A stretch of DNA of 64,000 bases from Gemmatimonadaceae bacterium (lineage in GTDB: Bacteria; Gemmatimonadota; Gemmatimonadetes; Gemmatimonadales; Gemmatimonadaceae), in assembly GCA_036378095.1 (NCBI GenBank), contig DASUXC010000084.1, positions 19,805 through 83,804 on the forward strand. The letters run 5' to 3'. The notes under the pieces were generated by a model that did no database searches, was not told where the DNA came from, and saw only the letters and a program-made list of their open reading frames with translations. A program made the translations under genes and the position numbers. How positions within the stretch are numbered: position 1 is the stretch's first letter; each line of letters starts with the position of its first letter. This document shows positions 45,715-53,965 of this stretch, one piece after another.

Positions 45715-47769
45715 ATGCACGGCCTGGAACGACTGGACCCGACGTCACCCGTGTTGGTTGCAGTCACCGAGGCCGTAGCCGGCGTGCTCGTCGCGTTCGT
45801 CGTGGCGCGGCTGACCGAGCCGGTGGTACACCCCAGCGCGTTCCTGGTGTTCTTCGGGGTGGTGGCGCTCACCGCCTGGAGACGCGGGTGGTGGCCGGCG
45901 CTCCTCGCCTCGGCGCTCTCCGTCGCGGCGCTCGCGCTCGCGTTCGGCCGCGAGGAGAGCGTGCCGCTCGCCGTGACGGCCGGCGCGCTCCGCCTCGCAA
46001 TGTACGTGGCGGTGAGCCGGTTCGTGAGCTCGCTCCGGACGTGGCGCGACGCGGCGCGCAAGCGCGAATCGGAGCTGGGTGAGCTCAACGCGCTGTTGGC
46101 GCAACAGGCGCTGGAGCTGCAGGGGCAGGTGCTCCAGTCGCGCGCGCTCGCCGCGCAGCTCGCGGAGTCGAACGCCGAGCTCGCGGCGCTCGCCCGGCGC
46201 AGCGAGGCCGATCGGGAGAGCGCCATCTCCGTGGCACAGCGGCGTGAGGGGGAGATGGCGGTCATCGACCTGCTCCTCGCCACGTCGAGCGTGGGGTTCG
46301 CGCACTGGGACCGCGACCTGCGCTTCGTGCGGGTGAACGCCCGGTTGGCGGAGATGACGGGGATCGCCGCCGAGGCGCACATCGGCCGGCGGGTGGAGGA
46401 GGTGGCGCCGGCGCTCGCGCCCGTGCTCGTCCCGATGCTGCGCCGTGCCCTCGAGGGCGGGCAGCCGGTGGTGGACGTGGAGGTGGTGGGGCAGGCGCCG
46501 GACCACCCGGGGAGCGGGCGGTCGTGGCTCGCGAGCTACTACCCGCTCCGCACCGCCGACGGCGACATCCACGGCGTGGGCGCGGTGGTCGTGGACATCA
46601 CCGAGCGCAAGCAGATCGAGGCCCGGCTCCGGCACGCGCAGAAGATGGAGGCGGTGGGACGCCTCGCGGGCGGGATCGCGCACGACTTCAACAACATCCT
46701 CACGGCCATCAAGAGCTACACGCAATTCCTCGGCGAATCGCTCCAGGACGCGGATCCGCGAGCGCAGGACGTGCGCGAGATCGCCGCGGCGGCCGATCGC
46801 GCCGCGGCGCTCACGCGGCAGCTCCTCGCGTTCGGGCGGCGGCAGATGATGCAGCCGCGCGTGGTGGATCTCAATCTCGTGGTCGGCGAGATGGAGCGGA
46901 TGCTCACGCGCCTGATCGGCGAGGACATCGAGCTGGTCACGCGGCTGCACCCGACGCTCGGCCAGGTGCGCGCCGATCCCAGCCAGCTCGAGCAGGTGGT
47001 GTTGAACCTCGCCGTGAACGCGCGCGACGCCATGCCGCACGGGGGCGTGCTGATGCTGGAGACGGCGAACGTCTGCGTGGAACCGGGGGGCGCCGACGCG
47101 ATGCTCGGGATCACCCCCGGGCCGTACGTGGTGCTCACCGTGCGCGACACCGGGATCGGGATGTCGCCGGAGACGATGTCGCACCTCTTCGAGCCGTTCT
47201 TCACGACGAAGGCGCCGGGGATCGGGACGGGGCTCGGGCTGGCGACGGTGTACGGGATCGTGAAGCAGAGCGGGGGGGATGTGCGGGCGTCGAGCGACCA
47301 GGGACGGGGAACCACGGTGGAGGTGTTCCTCCCGCGTCTGCCCGGATCGCCGGTGGAGAGCGCCGCGTCACGACGCGGCGGGATGGCACCGAGCGGGAAC
47401 GAGACGGTGCTGCTCGTGGAGGACGACGAGATGCTCCGCCCGCTCGTGCGGCGCGTGCTCGAGAAGCAGGGCTTCCGCGTGCTCGAGGCGCGGCACGGGG
47501 CGGAGGCGCTGCGCGCGGCGGCGGCGCACCGGGGGCCGCTGCACCTCCTGATCACGGACGTCGTGATGCCGGAGATGGGCGGGCGCGAGCTGGCGCAACG
47601 CATCGCCGTGACCCGCCCCGGGACGCCGGTGCTGTACATCTCCGGGTACACCGACGATGCCGTCCTCCGGCAGGGGATGCTGGAGTCGGGGAGCGCCTTC
47701 CTGCAGAAGCCCTTCACGCCGGCCGACCTGCTCGCCCGCGCTCGCGAGATCCTCGCCGGCGCCTGCTGA
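45715..47769 (+). CDS. Membrane hybrid sensor histidine kinase (TM sensor, coiled coil, PAS, HisKA, HATPase, receiver)
   Basis: Inner ATG (MHGLERLDPTSPVLVAV...) of ORF 45394..47769. 3-4 N-terminal TM segments, H-box GGIAHDFNNILT, NLAVNARDAM, DTGIGM, GTGLGLA, receiver VLLVEDDE...LLITDVVMP...QKPF. Confidence 0.9.
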   Translation: MHGLERLDPTSPVLVAVTEAVAGVLVAFVVARLTEPVVHPSAFLVFFGVVALTAWRRGWWPALLASALSVAALALAFGREESVPLAVTAGALRLAMYVAVSRFVSSLRTWRDAARKRESELGELNALLAQQALELQGQVLQSRALAAQLAESNAELAALARRSEADRESAISVAQRREGEMAVIDLLLATSSVGFAHWDRDLRFVRVNARLAEMTGIAAEAHIGRRVEEVAPALAPVLVPMLRRALEGGQPVVDVEVVGQAPDHPGSGRSWLASYYPLRTADGDIHGVGAVVVDITERKQIEARLRHAQKMEAVGRLAGGIAHDFNNILTAIKSYTQFLGESLQDADPRAQDVREIAAAADRAAALTRQLLAFGRRQMMQPRVVDLNLVVGEMERMLTRLIGEDIELVTRLHPTLGQVRADPSQLEQVVLNLAVNARDAMPHGGVLMLETANVCVEPGGADAMLGITPGPYVVLTVRDTGIGMSPETMSHLFEPFFTTKAPGIGTGLGLATVYGIVKQSGGDVRASSDQGRGTTVEVFLPRLPGSPVESAASRRGGMAPSGNETVLLVEDDEMLRPLVRRVLEKQGFRVLEARHGAEALRAAAAHRGPLHLLITDVVMPEMGGRELAQRIAVTRPGTPVLYISGYTDDAVLRQGMLESGSAFLQKPFTPADLLARAREILAGAC

Positions 47770-47784
47770 GCCGCGCCTGACGAG

Positions 47785-48876
47785 TCAGCGGCCGCGCGCC
47801 TCCACCGGCCACGGCTCCTCCACGCGCTCGCCGCGCGCGGCCCAGACCACGTCGTTGAGGTGGACGACGATGCACACGTGGTTGGGGACGACGCGAACCA
47901 CGTCGCCCACGCGCGGGCGCCACCCGCTGTCGCCGAGGTGGAGGATGCCGTGCTCCTCCGACATCGCGCGTACCACGACCTCGGGGTGGTCGAGCAGCGC
48001 GCCGAACCCCTCCCCGTCGGCGCCGCGCATCGGCTCGCGTCCGAGCGCCTTGGTGCCGGCGTCGATCACCGCCTGCCCCGGCACGGCGGTGCTCACCACC
48101 GTGGCCAGCACGGTGAGGGCGCAGTCGCTCCAGTGGGCGGCGCCGACCGCCGCCGTCACCCGGTCGTTGTACACGTAGGTCCCGGGGCGCATCTCGGACA
48201 CGCCGGGCAGCTCGTGCGTGCGCCACGCGGTGGGCGTGGAGCCGCCGCTCACCACGCGAGGGGGGAGCCCGGCGCGCGCGAGCGCATCGGTGAGCGCGCT
48301 CACGTCGCTGGCGAGCCGCGCGAGCGACGCATCCTGCGCGCTGGTGTGCTCGCGCACGTGCCCGGGATAGAAGGCGACGCCGGCCAGCGCGAGCGATGGG
48401 AGCGATGCGACGTGTCGCGCCAGCGTCACGGCCTCCGCCGCGGAGGCGACGCCGACGCGCCGCATTCCCAGATCCGCCTCCACGTACACCCCGACCGTGC
48501 GCCCGCGCTCGCGCGCGGCCGCCGACAGCCCGTTCGCCGCCTCGGCGGAGTCGAGCGCCACGGTGAGCCGCACGCGATCCGGGAGCGCCATGAGGCGGCG
48601 GAGCTTGGGCGTGCCCAGCACCGGGTAGGCGATCAGGATGTCGTCGGCCACCTGGCTCATGACCTCGGCCTCGCGCACGGTGGCGCAGGTGACGCCGGCG
48701 GCGCCGCGATCGAGCTGCAGACCGGCGATGCGCGCGGTCTTGTGGGTCTTGGTGTGCGGGCGCAGCGCGATGCCGTGTGCGCGCGCGTAGCTCGCCATCC
48801 GGTCGAGGTTGCGCTCCATCGTGGTCAGGTCCACCACGGGGGCCGGGGTCTCGAGGTCGAAGATCGAGGTCGCCAT
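47785..48876 (-). CDS. PLP-dependent D-threonine aldolase / D-serine dehydratase-like enzyme (alanine racemase N-terminal fold)
   Basis: Inner ATG (MATSIFDLETPAPVVDL) of ORF 47785..49086. PLP-Lys block LRPHTKTHKT. C-terminal VVRVVPNHVC. Confidence 0.8.
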   Translation of the reverse strand: MATSIFDLETPAPVVDLTTMERNLDRMASYARAHGIALRPHTKTHKTARIAGLQLDRGAAGVTCATVREAEVMSQVADDILIAYPVLGTPKLRRLMALPDRVRLTVALDSAEAANGLSAAARERGRTVGVYVEADLGMRRVGVASAAEAVTLARHVASLPSLALAGVAFYPGHVREHTSAQDASLARLASDVSALTDALARAGLPPRVVSGGSTPTAWRTHELPGVSEMRPGTYVYNDRVTAAVGAAHWSDCALTVLATVVSTAVPGQAVIDAGTKALGREPMRGADGEGFGALLDHPEVVVRAMSEEHGILHLGDSGWRPRVGDVVRVVPNHVCIVVHLNDVVWAARGERVEEPWPVEARGR

Positions 48877-48880
48877 GGAA

Positions 48881-48997
48881 GTGGGGAATCGGGAAGCGGG
48901 AATCGGGAATCGGAAGTATGGGCGGGAACGCGGCGCCGGTCGACCACGCCCCACCGGATCCCCTCGGCTCCCGATTCCCGATTCCCGATGCTTTCCC
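48881..48997. repeat. Composite element E7 (GGGAATC family) in a divergent intergenic region
   Basis: Left heptads gggaatc gggaagc gggaatc gggaatc at 48884..48911, starting 8 nt from the ATG of the minus-strand gene. Right arm ggctcccgattcccgattcccgatgctttccc at 48966..48997. Confidence 0.82.
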
Positions 48998-49185
48998 GCA
49001 TCCGGGCACCCCGTCCCACAATCGGACACCGCGGCGCCGCCCCGGAGAAGGCGGGAGGACTGCAACCTTTTGTCACCGCGCGACATCCAATCTCGGAGAC
49101 GATGGCTCGAACCTTTCCTTAGGGCTCACCGCCGGCACACGCGCGCCGGCTCGTCGATTCCCGGCTGGTCCACCCAGGAGCCTCC

Positions 49186-50166
49186 ATGAACACGCTCACT
49201 CTCGAGACGATGGCGCCGAGCCGCCGCGCCCGCCCGTCGGGCTCGTGGCGTTCGACCGGCGATCCCGAGCGCGACCTGCTCGAGCGGGAGATGGCGGGGC
49301 ACTACCAGGTGGTGCGCCTGCTCGGGCGCGGGGGGATGGGGGCGGTGTATCTCGCGCGGGACGTCGTGCTGCACCGGCACGTGGCGATCAAGGTGCTGCG
49401 GCGCGATCTCCTGGGGCGCGACGAGTCGCGCGAGCGCTTCCGCCGGGAGGCGCGGCTCTCCGCGCAGCTCAGCCATCCGGGGATCGTTCCGATCCACGAG
49501 TTCGGCGAGTCGCCGCGCCTCATGTACATGGTCATGCGCTACGTCTACGGCGAGTCGCTCGGCGAGCGGCTCCGGCGGGAGGGGCGCATCGCGGCCCCGG
49601 ACACGAGGGAGATTCTCGCCGGTCTCGCCGCCGCGCTCGAGTACGCGCACGCGCAGGGAGTGGTGCACCGCGATCTCAAGCCGGAGAACGTGCTCCTCGA
49701 TCGCGAAACGGGGCGCGTGGTGCTCGCCGACTTCGGGGTGGCGACGCGGCGCACGTGGGACCCCGTCCGCTCGGAGCTGCGAAAGGCGTTCGGGACACCG
49801 CACTTCATGTCCCCCGAGCAGGCCATGGGAGAGGTGGATCTCGACGGGCGCAGCGACCTGTACGGCCTCGGCGTGCTCGGCTTCCTCATGCTCTCGGGCC
49901 GACTCCCCTTCCGTGGGGAGACGTTCGCCGAGATCACCGCGCAGCACGTCTCGCGCGAACCGCCCCAGCTCTCGCCGCTCGCCCCGGACGCACCGCGCGC
50001 GCTGATCGAGGTGATCGGCCGCTGCCTCGAGAAGGACGCGGCGAAGCGGTGGCGGAGTGCGGGGGAGTTGCGCGAGGCGTTGGACGGAGTGGGGCGGAGA
50101 AGGTGGTGGGGAGTGGTGGTTGGAGCGTGGAACGGCAGAGGCGGGTGTGGCGTGAGGAACGCGTAG
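49186..50166 (+). CDS. Ser/Thr protein kinase (kinase domain only)
   Basis: 326-aa ORF. GRGGMGAVY, VAIKVL, HRDLKPENVLL, ADFG, GTPHFMSPEQ. The last ~20 codons and the stop are encoded by repeat element E8. Confidence 0.85.
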   Translation: MNTLTLETMAPSRRARPSGSWRSTGDPERDLLEREMAGHYQVVRLLGRGGMGAVYLARDVVLHRHVAIKVLRRDLLGRDESRERFRREARLSAQLSHPGIVPIHEFGESPRLMYMVMRYVYGESLGERLRREGRIAAPDTREILAGLAAALEYAHAQGVVHRDLKPENVLLDRETGRVVLADFGVATRRTWDPVRSELRKAFGTPHFMSPEQAMGEVDLDGRSDLYGLGVLGFLMLSGRLPFRGETFAEITAQHVSREPPQLSPLAPDAPRALIEVIGRCLEKDAAKRWRSAGELREALDGVGRRRWWGVVVGAWNGRGGCGVRNA

Positions 50167-50245
50167 GCGGTTGTGCGTGGGTGTGCGACCCCACGCTCCA
50201 TGCCCTACGCCTTCCTCACGCCACACCCGCCGTTCGCCGTTCCAC
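50127..50245. repeat. Composite element E8 (GTGGCGTGAGG family) between convergent genes
   Basis: Left arm gtggaacggcagaggcgggtgtggcgtgaggaacgcgtagg (50127..50167). Right arm 50204..50245, whose reverse complement is gtggaacggcgaacggcgggtgtggcgtgaggaaggcgtagg. Inner hairpin GCGTGGG-(8 nt)-CCCACGC. Confidence 0.8.
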
Positions 50246-50262
50246 TCCCCATCATCCACCCG

Positions 50263-51264
50263 CTACGCAGAAGCCCCCCGCTCCAGTCTGTCCCGAACCC
50301 CGTCCCAGCGAGACGACCCCGGCACCATCTCCACGAACACGACATCGCACCCCGCCTCGTCGAGGGAGTGGAGGGCCGCGTACAGGTCGCGCGCGTAGGC
50401 GGCGGGGTCGGCGGGCATGACGATCGGGTGGCGGAGTGGCGCGGCGAGCGGGGCGAGGAGGAGCGCACCCACGCGGCGGCCGCGCTCCGACTCGGCGCGC
50501 GCCTCCGCCGCCGCTTCGCTGCGACGCGCGGGGTCGAACAACCGGAGCTCGGCGCGCGGGGCGTAGTGCCGGTCGATCATCCCCGGCGAGGGGCGCGGCA
50601 CGTCCCCTCGGACCTCCGCCGCGGCGCGCACGGGTCCCACGATCCCCTCCAGCTCGTCGGTGGAGATCCCGCCCGGGCGCAGCAGTACGGGCGAGTCCCC
50701 CGAGACATCGACCACCGTGGACTCGATCCCGACCGTGGTCGCTCCGCCATCCACGATGACATCCACCCGGTCGCCGAGCGAGCGCTGCACGTGATGCGCG
50801 CGCGTGGGGGAGAGCTCGGTGAATCGGTTCGCGCTCGGGGCCGCGATGGGGAGACCGGCCGCGGTGATGAGCGCGCGCGCCACGGGGTGGGAGGGCGATC
50901 GGATGGCCACCGTGTCGAGCCCGGCGGTGACGACGTCCGGCACTCGAGGCCGCCGCGGCACGACCAGGGTGAGCGGTCCCGGCCAGAACGCTTCGGCCAG
51001 CCGCTGCGCCAGGTCGGGCCACCGGCTGGCCAGCGCGCGCGCGCCGGCAATGTCCGCCACGTGCACGATGAGCGGATTGAACTCCGGCCGCCCCTTCGCC
51101 GCGAAGATGCGGCGCACGGCATCCGCGTTCAGGGCATCGGCGCCGAGCCCGTACACGGTCTCGGTGGGGAAGGCCACGAGACCACCGCGCCGCAGCACGG
51201 CGGCGGCGCGTTCGATGCGCTCGGGCTCCGGGTGGACGGCGTCGACTTCGATGAGGAGTGCCAT
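50263..51264 (-). CDS. tsaC: L-threonylcarbamoyladenylate synthase (Sua5/TsaC with Sua5 C-terminal domain)
   Basis: 333-aa ORF. GGLVAFPTETVYGLGADA, KGRPEFNPLIVHV, PGPLTLV, SANRF, VDGG. Confidence 0.9.
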   Translation of the reverse strand: MALLIEVDAVHPEPERIERAAAVLRRGGLVAFPTETVYGLGADALNADAVRRIFAAKGRPEFNPLIVHVADIAGARALASRWPDLAQRLAEAFWPGPLTLVVPRRPRVPDVVTAGLDTVAIRSPSHPVARALITAAGLPIAAPSANRFTELSPTRAHHVQRSLGDRVDVIVDGGATTVGIESTVVDVSGDSPVLLRPGGISTDELEGIVGPVRAAAEVRGDVPRPSPGMIDRHYAPRAELRLFDPARRSEAAAEARAESERGRRVGALLLAPLAAPLRHPIVMPADPAAYARDLYAALHSLDEAGCDVVFVEMVPGSSRWDGVRDRLERGASA

Positions 51265-51400
51265 GCTCGGGATGTACGGGTCGGGTGCAATCTATAACAA
51301 CGGCGCCGTGCCGCGGCGCGGGATCTCCGTGCATGACGCGCGCGCGCGTGGGTCGTCAGCAGAGAGACGGGGCGGTCGGCGCTCGCCCCTCGGGAAGACG

Positions 51401-51500
51401 CGGCTGTCGGCTCTCGGCTCTCGGCCATCGGTGACTGCCCCGCGTAGCGAGCTCCCGGCGTGTGCCGTAGCCGAGAGCCGAGGCCCGAGAGCCGACAGCC
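51401..51500. repeat. Composite element E9 (CGGCTCT/CGGCCAT family, core in - orientation)
   Basis: Heptads ctgtcgg ctctcgg ctctcgg ccatcgg at 51404..51431. Core at 51447..51466 (reverse complement GGCACACGCCGGGAGCTCGC, 18/20 identical to E6). Complementary heptads ccgagag ccgaggc ccgagag ccgacag at 51471..51498. Confidence 0.88.
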
Positions 51501-51612
51501 GGGTCTTCGCCCCGTCGCTCGTGGTGAGTTTTCCGTCCCCCGTCATCCGAAGTCCGATTGCCGGTACGCGATCGGACGAGCAACTTCGCTGGCCCACGCG
51601 GGTACCTGTAGG

Positions 51613-53865
51613 ATGATGTCCCGGTTTCGCACGATCGTGATGCTGGTCGTGCTCACCGCGCTCGCCGCGTCGTGCGAGCGGATGTCCGTTGGCCCGGAGA
51701 TCGCCGGTGAGCTCCGCCGAGGGCGCGCGTACGCCGCCGCGCTCGAGGCGCGCACGCGTGCCACCCCCGCGGACAGCGTGGGCGCGATCGCGGCGATCTC
51801 GCTCGGCTACCTGGAGCGGCAGCGGCTCGCGCTCGGCAGCCCCTTCCGGCTCATCGACTACCTGCTGCGCGACGCCCGCCTCCCCGACTCCACCCGGCGC
51901 GCGGTGGCCTGGGCCGTGCTCGCCCGCACGCTCGACGACAACGGCGCCACCGTGAGCCCCCTCGCGCTCGACTCGCTCGCGGGCCCCGGCGCGCCCGAGG
52001 CGGTGAACGACGGTCGCCTCCATCTCCGCCTCATCGACCACGCGGTGCGCGAGACGCGCAGCCCCCGAGCGGGGGAGATGGCCGTCCGCCTCGCGTATCT
52101 GATCGAGGCGTCCGAGCACGTGGTGACGGCGGAGGCGCCGGGGATCGCGGCGCGAGCGGCCGCCGTGCTGCGCGATCGCGAGCTGGCGCGCGCCGATGCG
52201 CGCGACTTGCTGCGCGAAGCGTGGCGCAACGACGTCGATCCGCTGGCGATGATCCCGGCGTGGCGTGAAGCACGGCGCTTCCGCGTGGAGCGGCCGGTGA
52301 TGGACCGGCTCGACCGCGACGACCAGCTCGAGGCGATGACGCTCGTGCCCCGCCTCGTCTCCGATCTACGCGGGCTCGGTGCCGCCGACGAGGGCGAGGC
52401 GGAGCCGCGGCCGGCGGTGCCCGATCCGGCGATGCTCCCCTTCGGCGCCGCCGAGCGGCTCGCCGGGCTCGCACGCGCGGCGTCCACGCCGCCGGAGGCG
52501 CCGGTGGTGGTGCCGCTCATGCGTTATCGCCGCGAGCTGCTCGGCACCACGGATCTCTCGCGCTGGGAGCGCTCGGCGCGCCGGCGGTTCGTCCGCTACG
52601 CCGATGGCGAGGAGACGCTCGCCGCCGAGCACGCGATCGTCGCCGTGCGTGCGCCGGGGGCGGCGACGGCCCGCGCCACGCTCGCCGCGGCGGTGGCGCT
52701 GCGCGCCTACGCGCAGGAGCGTCCGTGGCGTCCCGGCGATGCCGGGCCCGCCGACGAGGAGCTGGCGAGCCGGTTCGGGATCGAGCGCGTGACCTTCGAC
52801 GCGACCGTTCCGGAGGCGTGGCGCCCCTACTACCGCGGGATGCTCGCCACCGCGCTCGATGACATGCACCGCGTGCTCCCGTCGCTCGACCTCACCGGGC
52901 TGCGCGTGCACTTCGGCGAGAGCGCGATGAAGGACGCCGCGCTCGCGCTGCACGAGCCGAAGACGCGCGTGATCTACCTCCCGCTCGCCACCAGCGCCGG
53001 CACGATCGCCCACGAGGTCGCGCACGACATCGACTGGCAGGCGGCGCTGTCGCGATACGCGGTGCACGGCGACTACGCCACCGACCGCTCCGTGCGCGAC
53101 CGGCGCGGCGGGTGGATGGCCGCGTCCATGCGCGGCCTCACCGCGGCCTCGCTCGTCTCGGCCGCCGAGCGCGGGGGGACATCGCGCCCGAGCGCGCGTC
53201 CCACCGAGGTGTTCGCGCGCAGCGTCGACTGGTTCGTGGCGTCGGCGCTCGCCCGTGACGGGCGGATGGACGGCTATCTCTCGTCGGCGCAGGATGAGCT
53301 GCTCACCGGGTACGCCCTCGGGACCTCGCCCGACGTGGCGGGGAGCGCCGTGCCGGCGCTGGTGAGCATCCTCGACGAGGTCGCCCCTCCGGCGCCGGCG
53401 GTACGGGAATGGTTCGTGGAGCAGTACGGTCCCGGCCGATCCCTCTCGCCGTTCGATCTGGTGCGTCGCGTGCTCGACGCGCCGCTCGACTCCACGGGGG
53501 GGACGCTGGTGGACCTGGTGACGCCCGTGCGCCGCGCGCGCGACCGTGCGCTCGCCCGGGTGGAGGCGGCGCGCTGCCGCCCCGGCGCGCCGGAGGACGA
53601 GCGCCTCACCGAGGCGCGGCGCAATCTCGTGGTGGTGGCGGCGAGCGCCCGCGCGGCGGGCGTCATGCGCATGCGGGGGACGGTCCTGGCGATCGAGGAG
53701 GCGCGGCGCTGGCTCACCGTCGCGCCGTACGCGGCCGCCGAGCCGCTGGTGCTCGCCGGCGCGCTCGCCGCGGCCGGGCAGACGGTGATGGCCGAGCGCG
53801 CGATGGCGCTCGACAGTCTCGCCACCCCCGCGTCGGTGCCCGCCTCGCGCTGCGGGGCGCGTTGA
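51613..53865 (+). CDS. Large lipoprotein of unknown function with a single HExxH motif
   Basis: Inner ATG (MMSRFRTIVMLVVLTALAASC, lipobox) of ORF 51460..53865. Ala/Arg-rich helical sequence. IAHEVAHDIDW is the only recognisable motif. Confidence 0.6.
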   Translation: MMSRFRTIVMLVVLTALAASCERMSVGPEIAGELRRGRAYAAALEARTRATPADSVGAIAAISLGYLERQRLALGSPFRLIDYLLRDARLPDSTRRAVAWAVLARTLDDNGATVSPLALDSLAGPGAPEAVNDGRLHLRLIDHAVRETRSPRAGEMAVRLAYLIEASEHVVTAEAPGIAARAAAVLRDRELARADARDLLREAWRNDVDPLAMIPAWREARRFRVERPVMDRLDRDDQLEAMTLVPRLVSDLRGLGAADEGEAEPRPAVPDPAMLPFGAAERLAGLARAASTPPEAPVVVPLMRYRRELLGTTDLSRWERSARRRFVRYADGEETLAAEHAIVAVRAPGAATARATLAAAVALRAYAQERPWRPGDAGPADEELASRFGIERVTFDATVPEAWRPYYRGMLATALDDMHRVLPSLDLTGLRVHFGESAMKDAALALHEPKTRVIYLPLATSAGTIAHEVAHDIDWQAALSRYAVHGDYATDRSVRDRRGGWMAASMRGLTAASLVSAAERGGTSRPSARPTEVFARSVDWFVASALARDGRMDGYLSSAQDELLTGYALGTSPDVAGSAVPALVSILDEVAPPAPAVREWFVEQYGPGRSLSPFDLVRRVLDAPLDSTGGTLVDLVTPVRRARDRALARVEAARCRPGAPEDERLTEARRNLVVVAASARAAGVMRMRGTVLAIEEARRWLTVAPYAAAEPLVLAGALAAAGQTVMAERAMALDSLATPASVPASRCGAR

Positions 53866-53965
53866 TCTTCCCGGGCGCCGGGGCGTAGATTCGGCGATCC
53901 CGCGCCCGGCGTGCCGCGCCCCGCGCCGCGCGCCCCTCGCGCCATCCCGCACCCACGCGCCCCGA

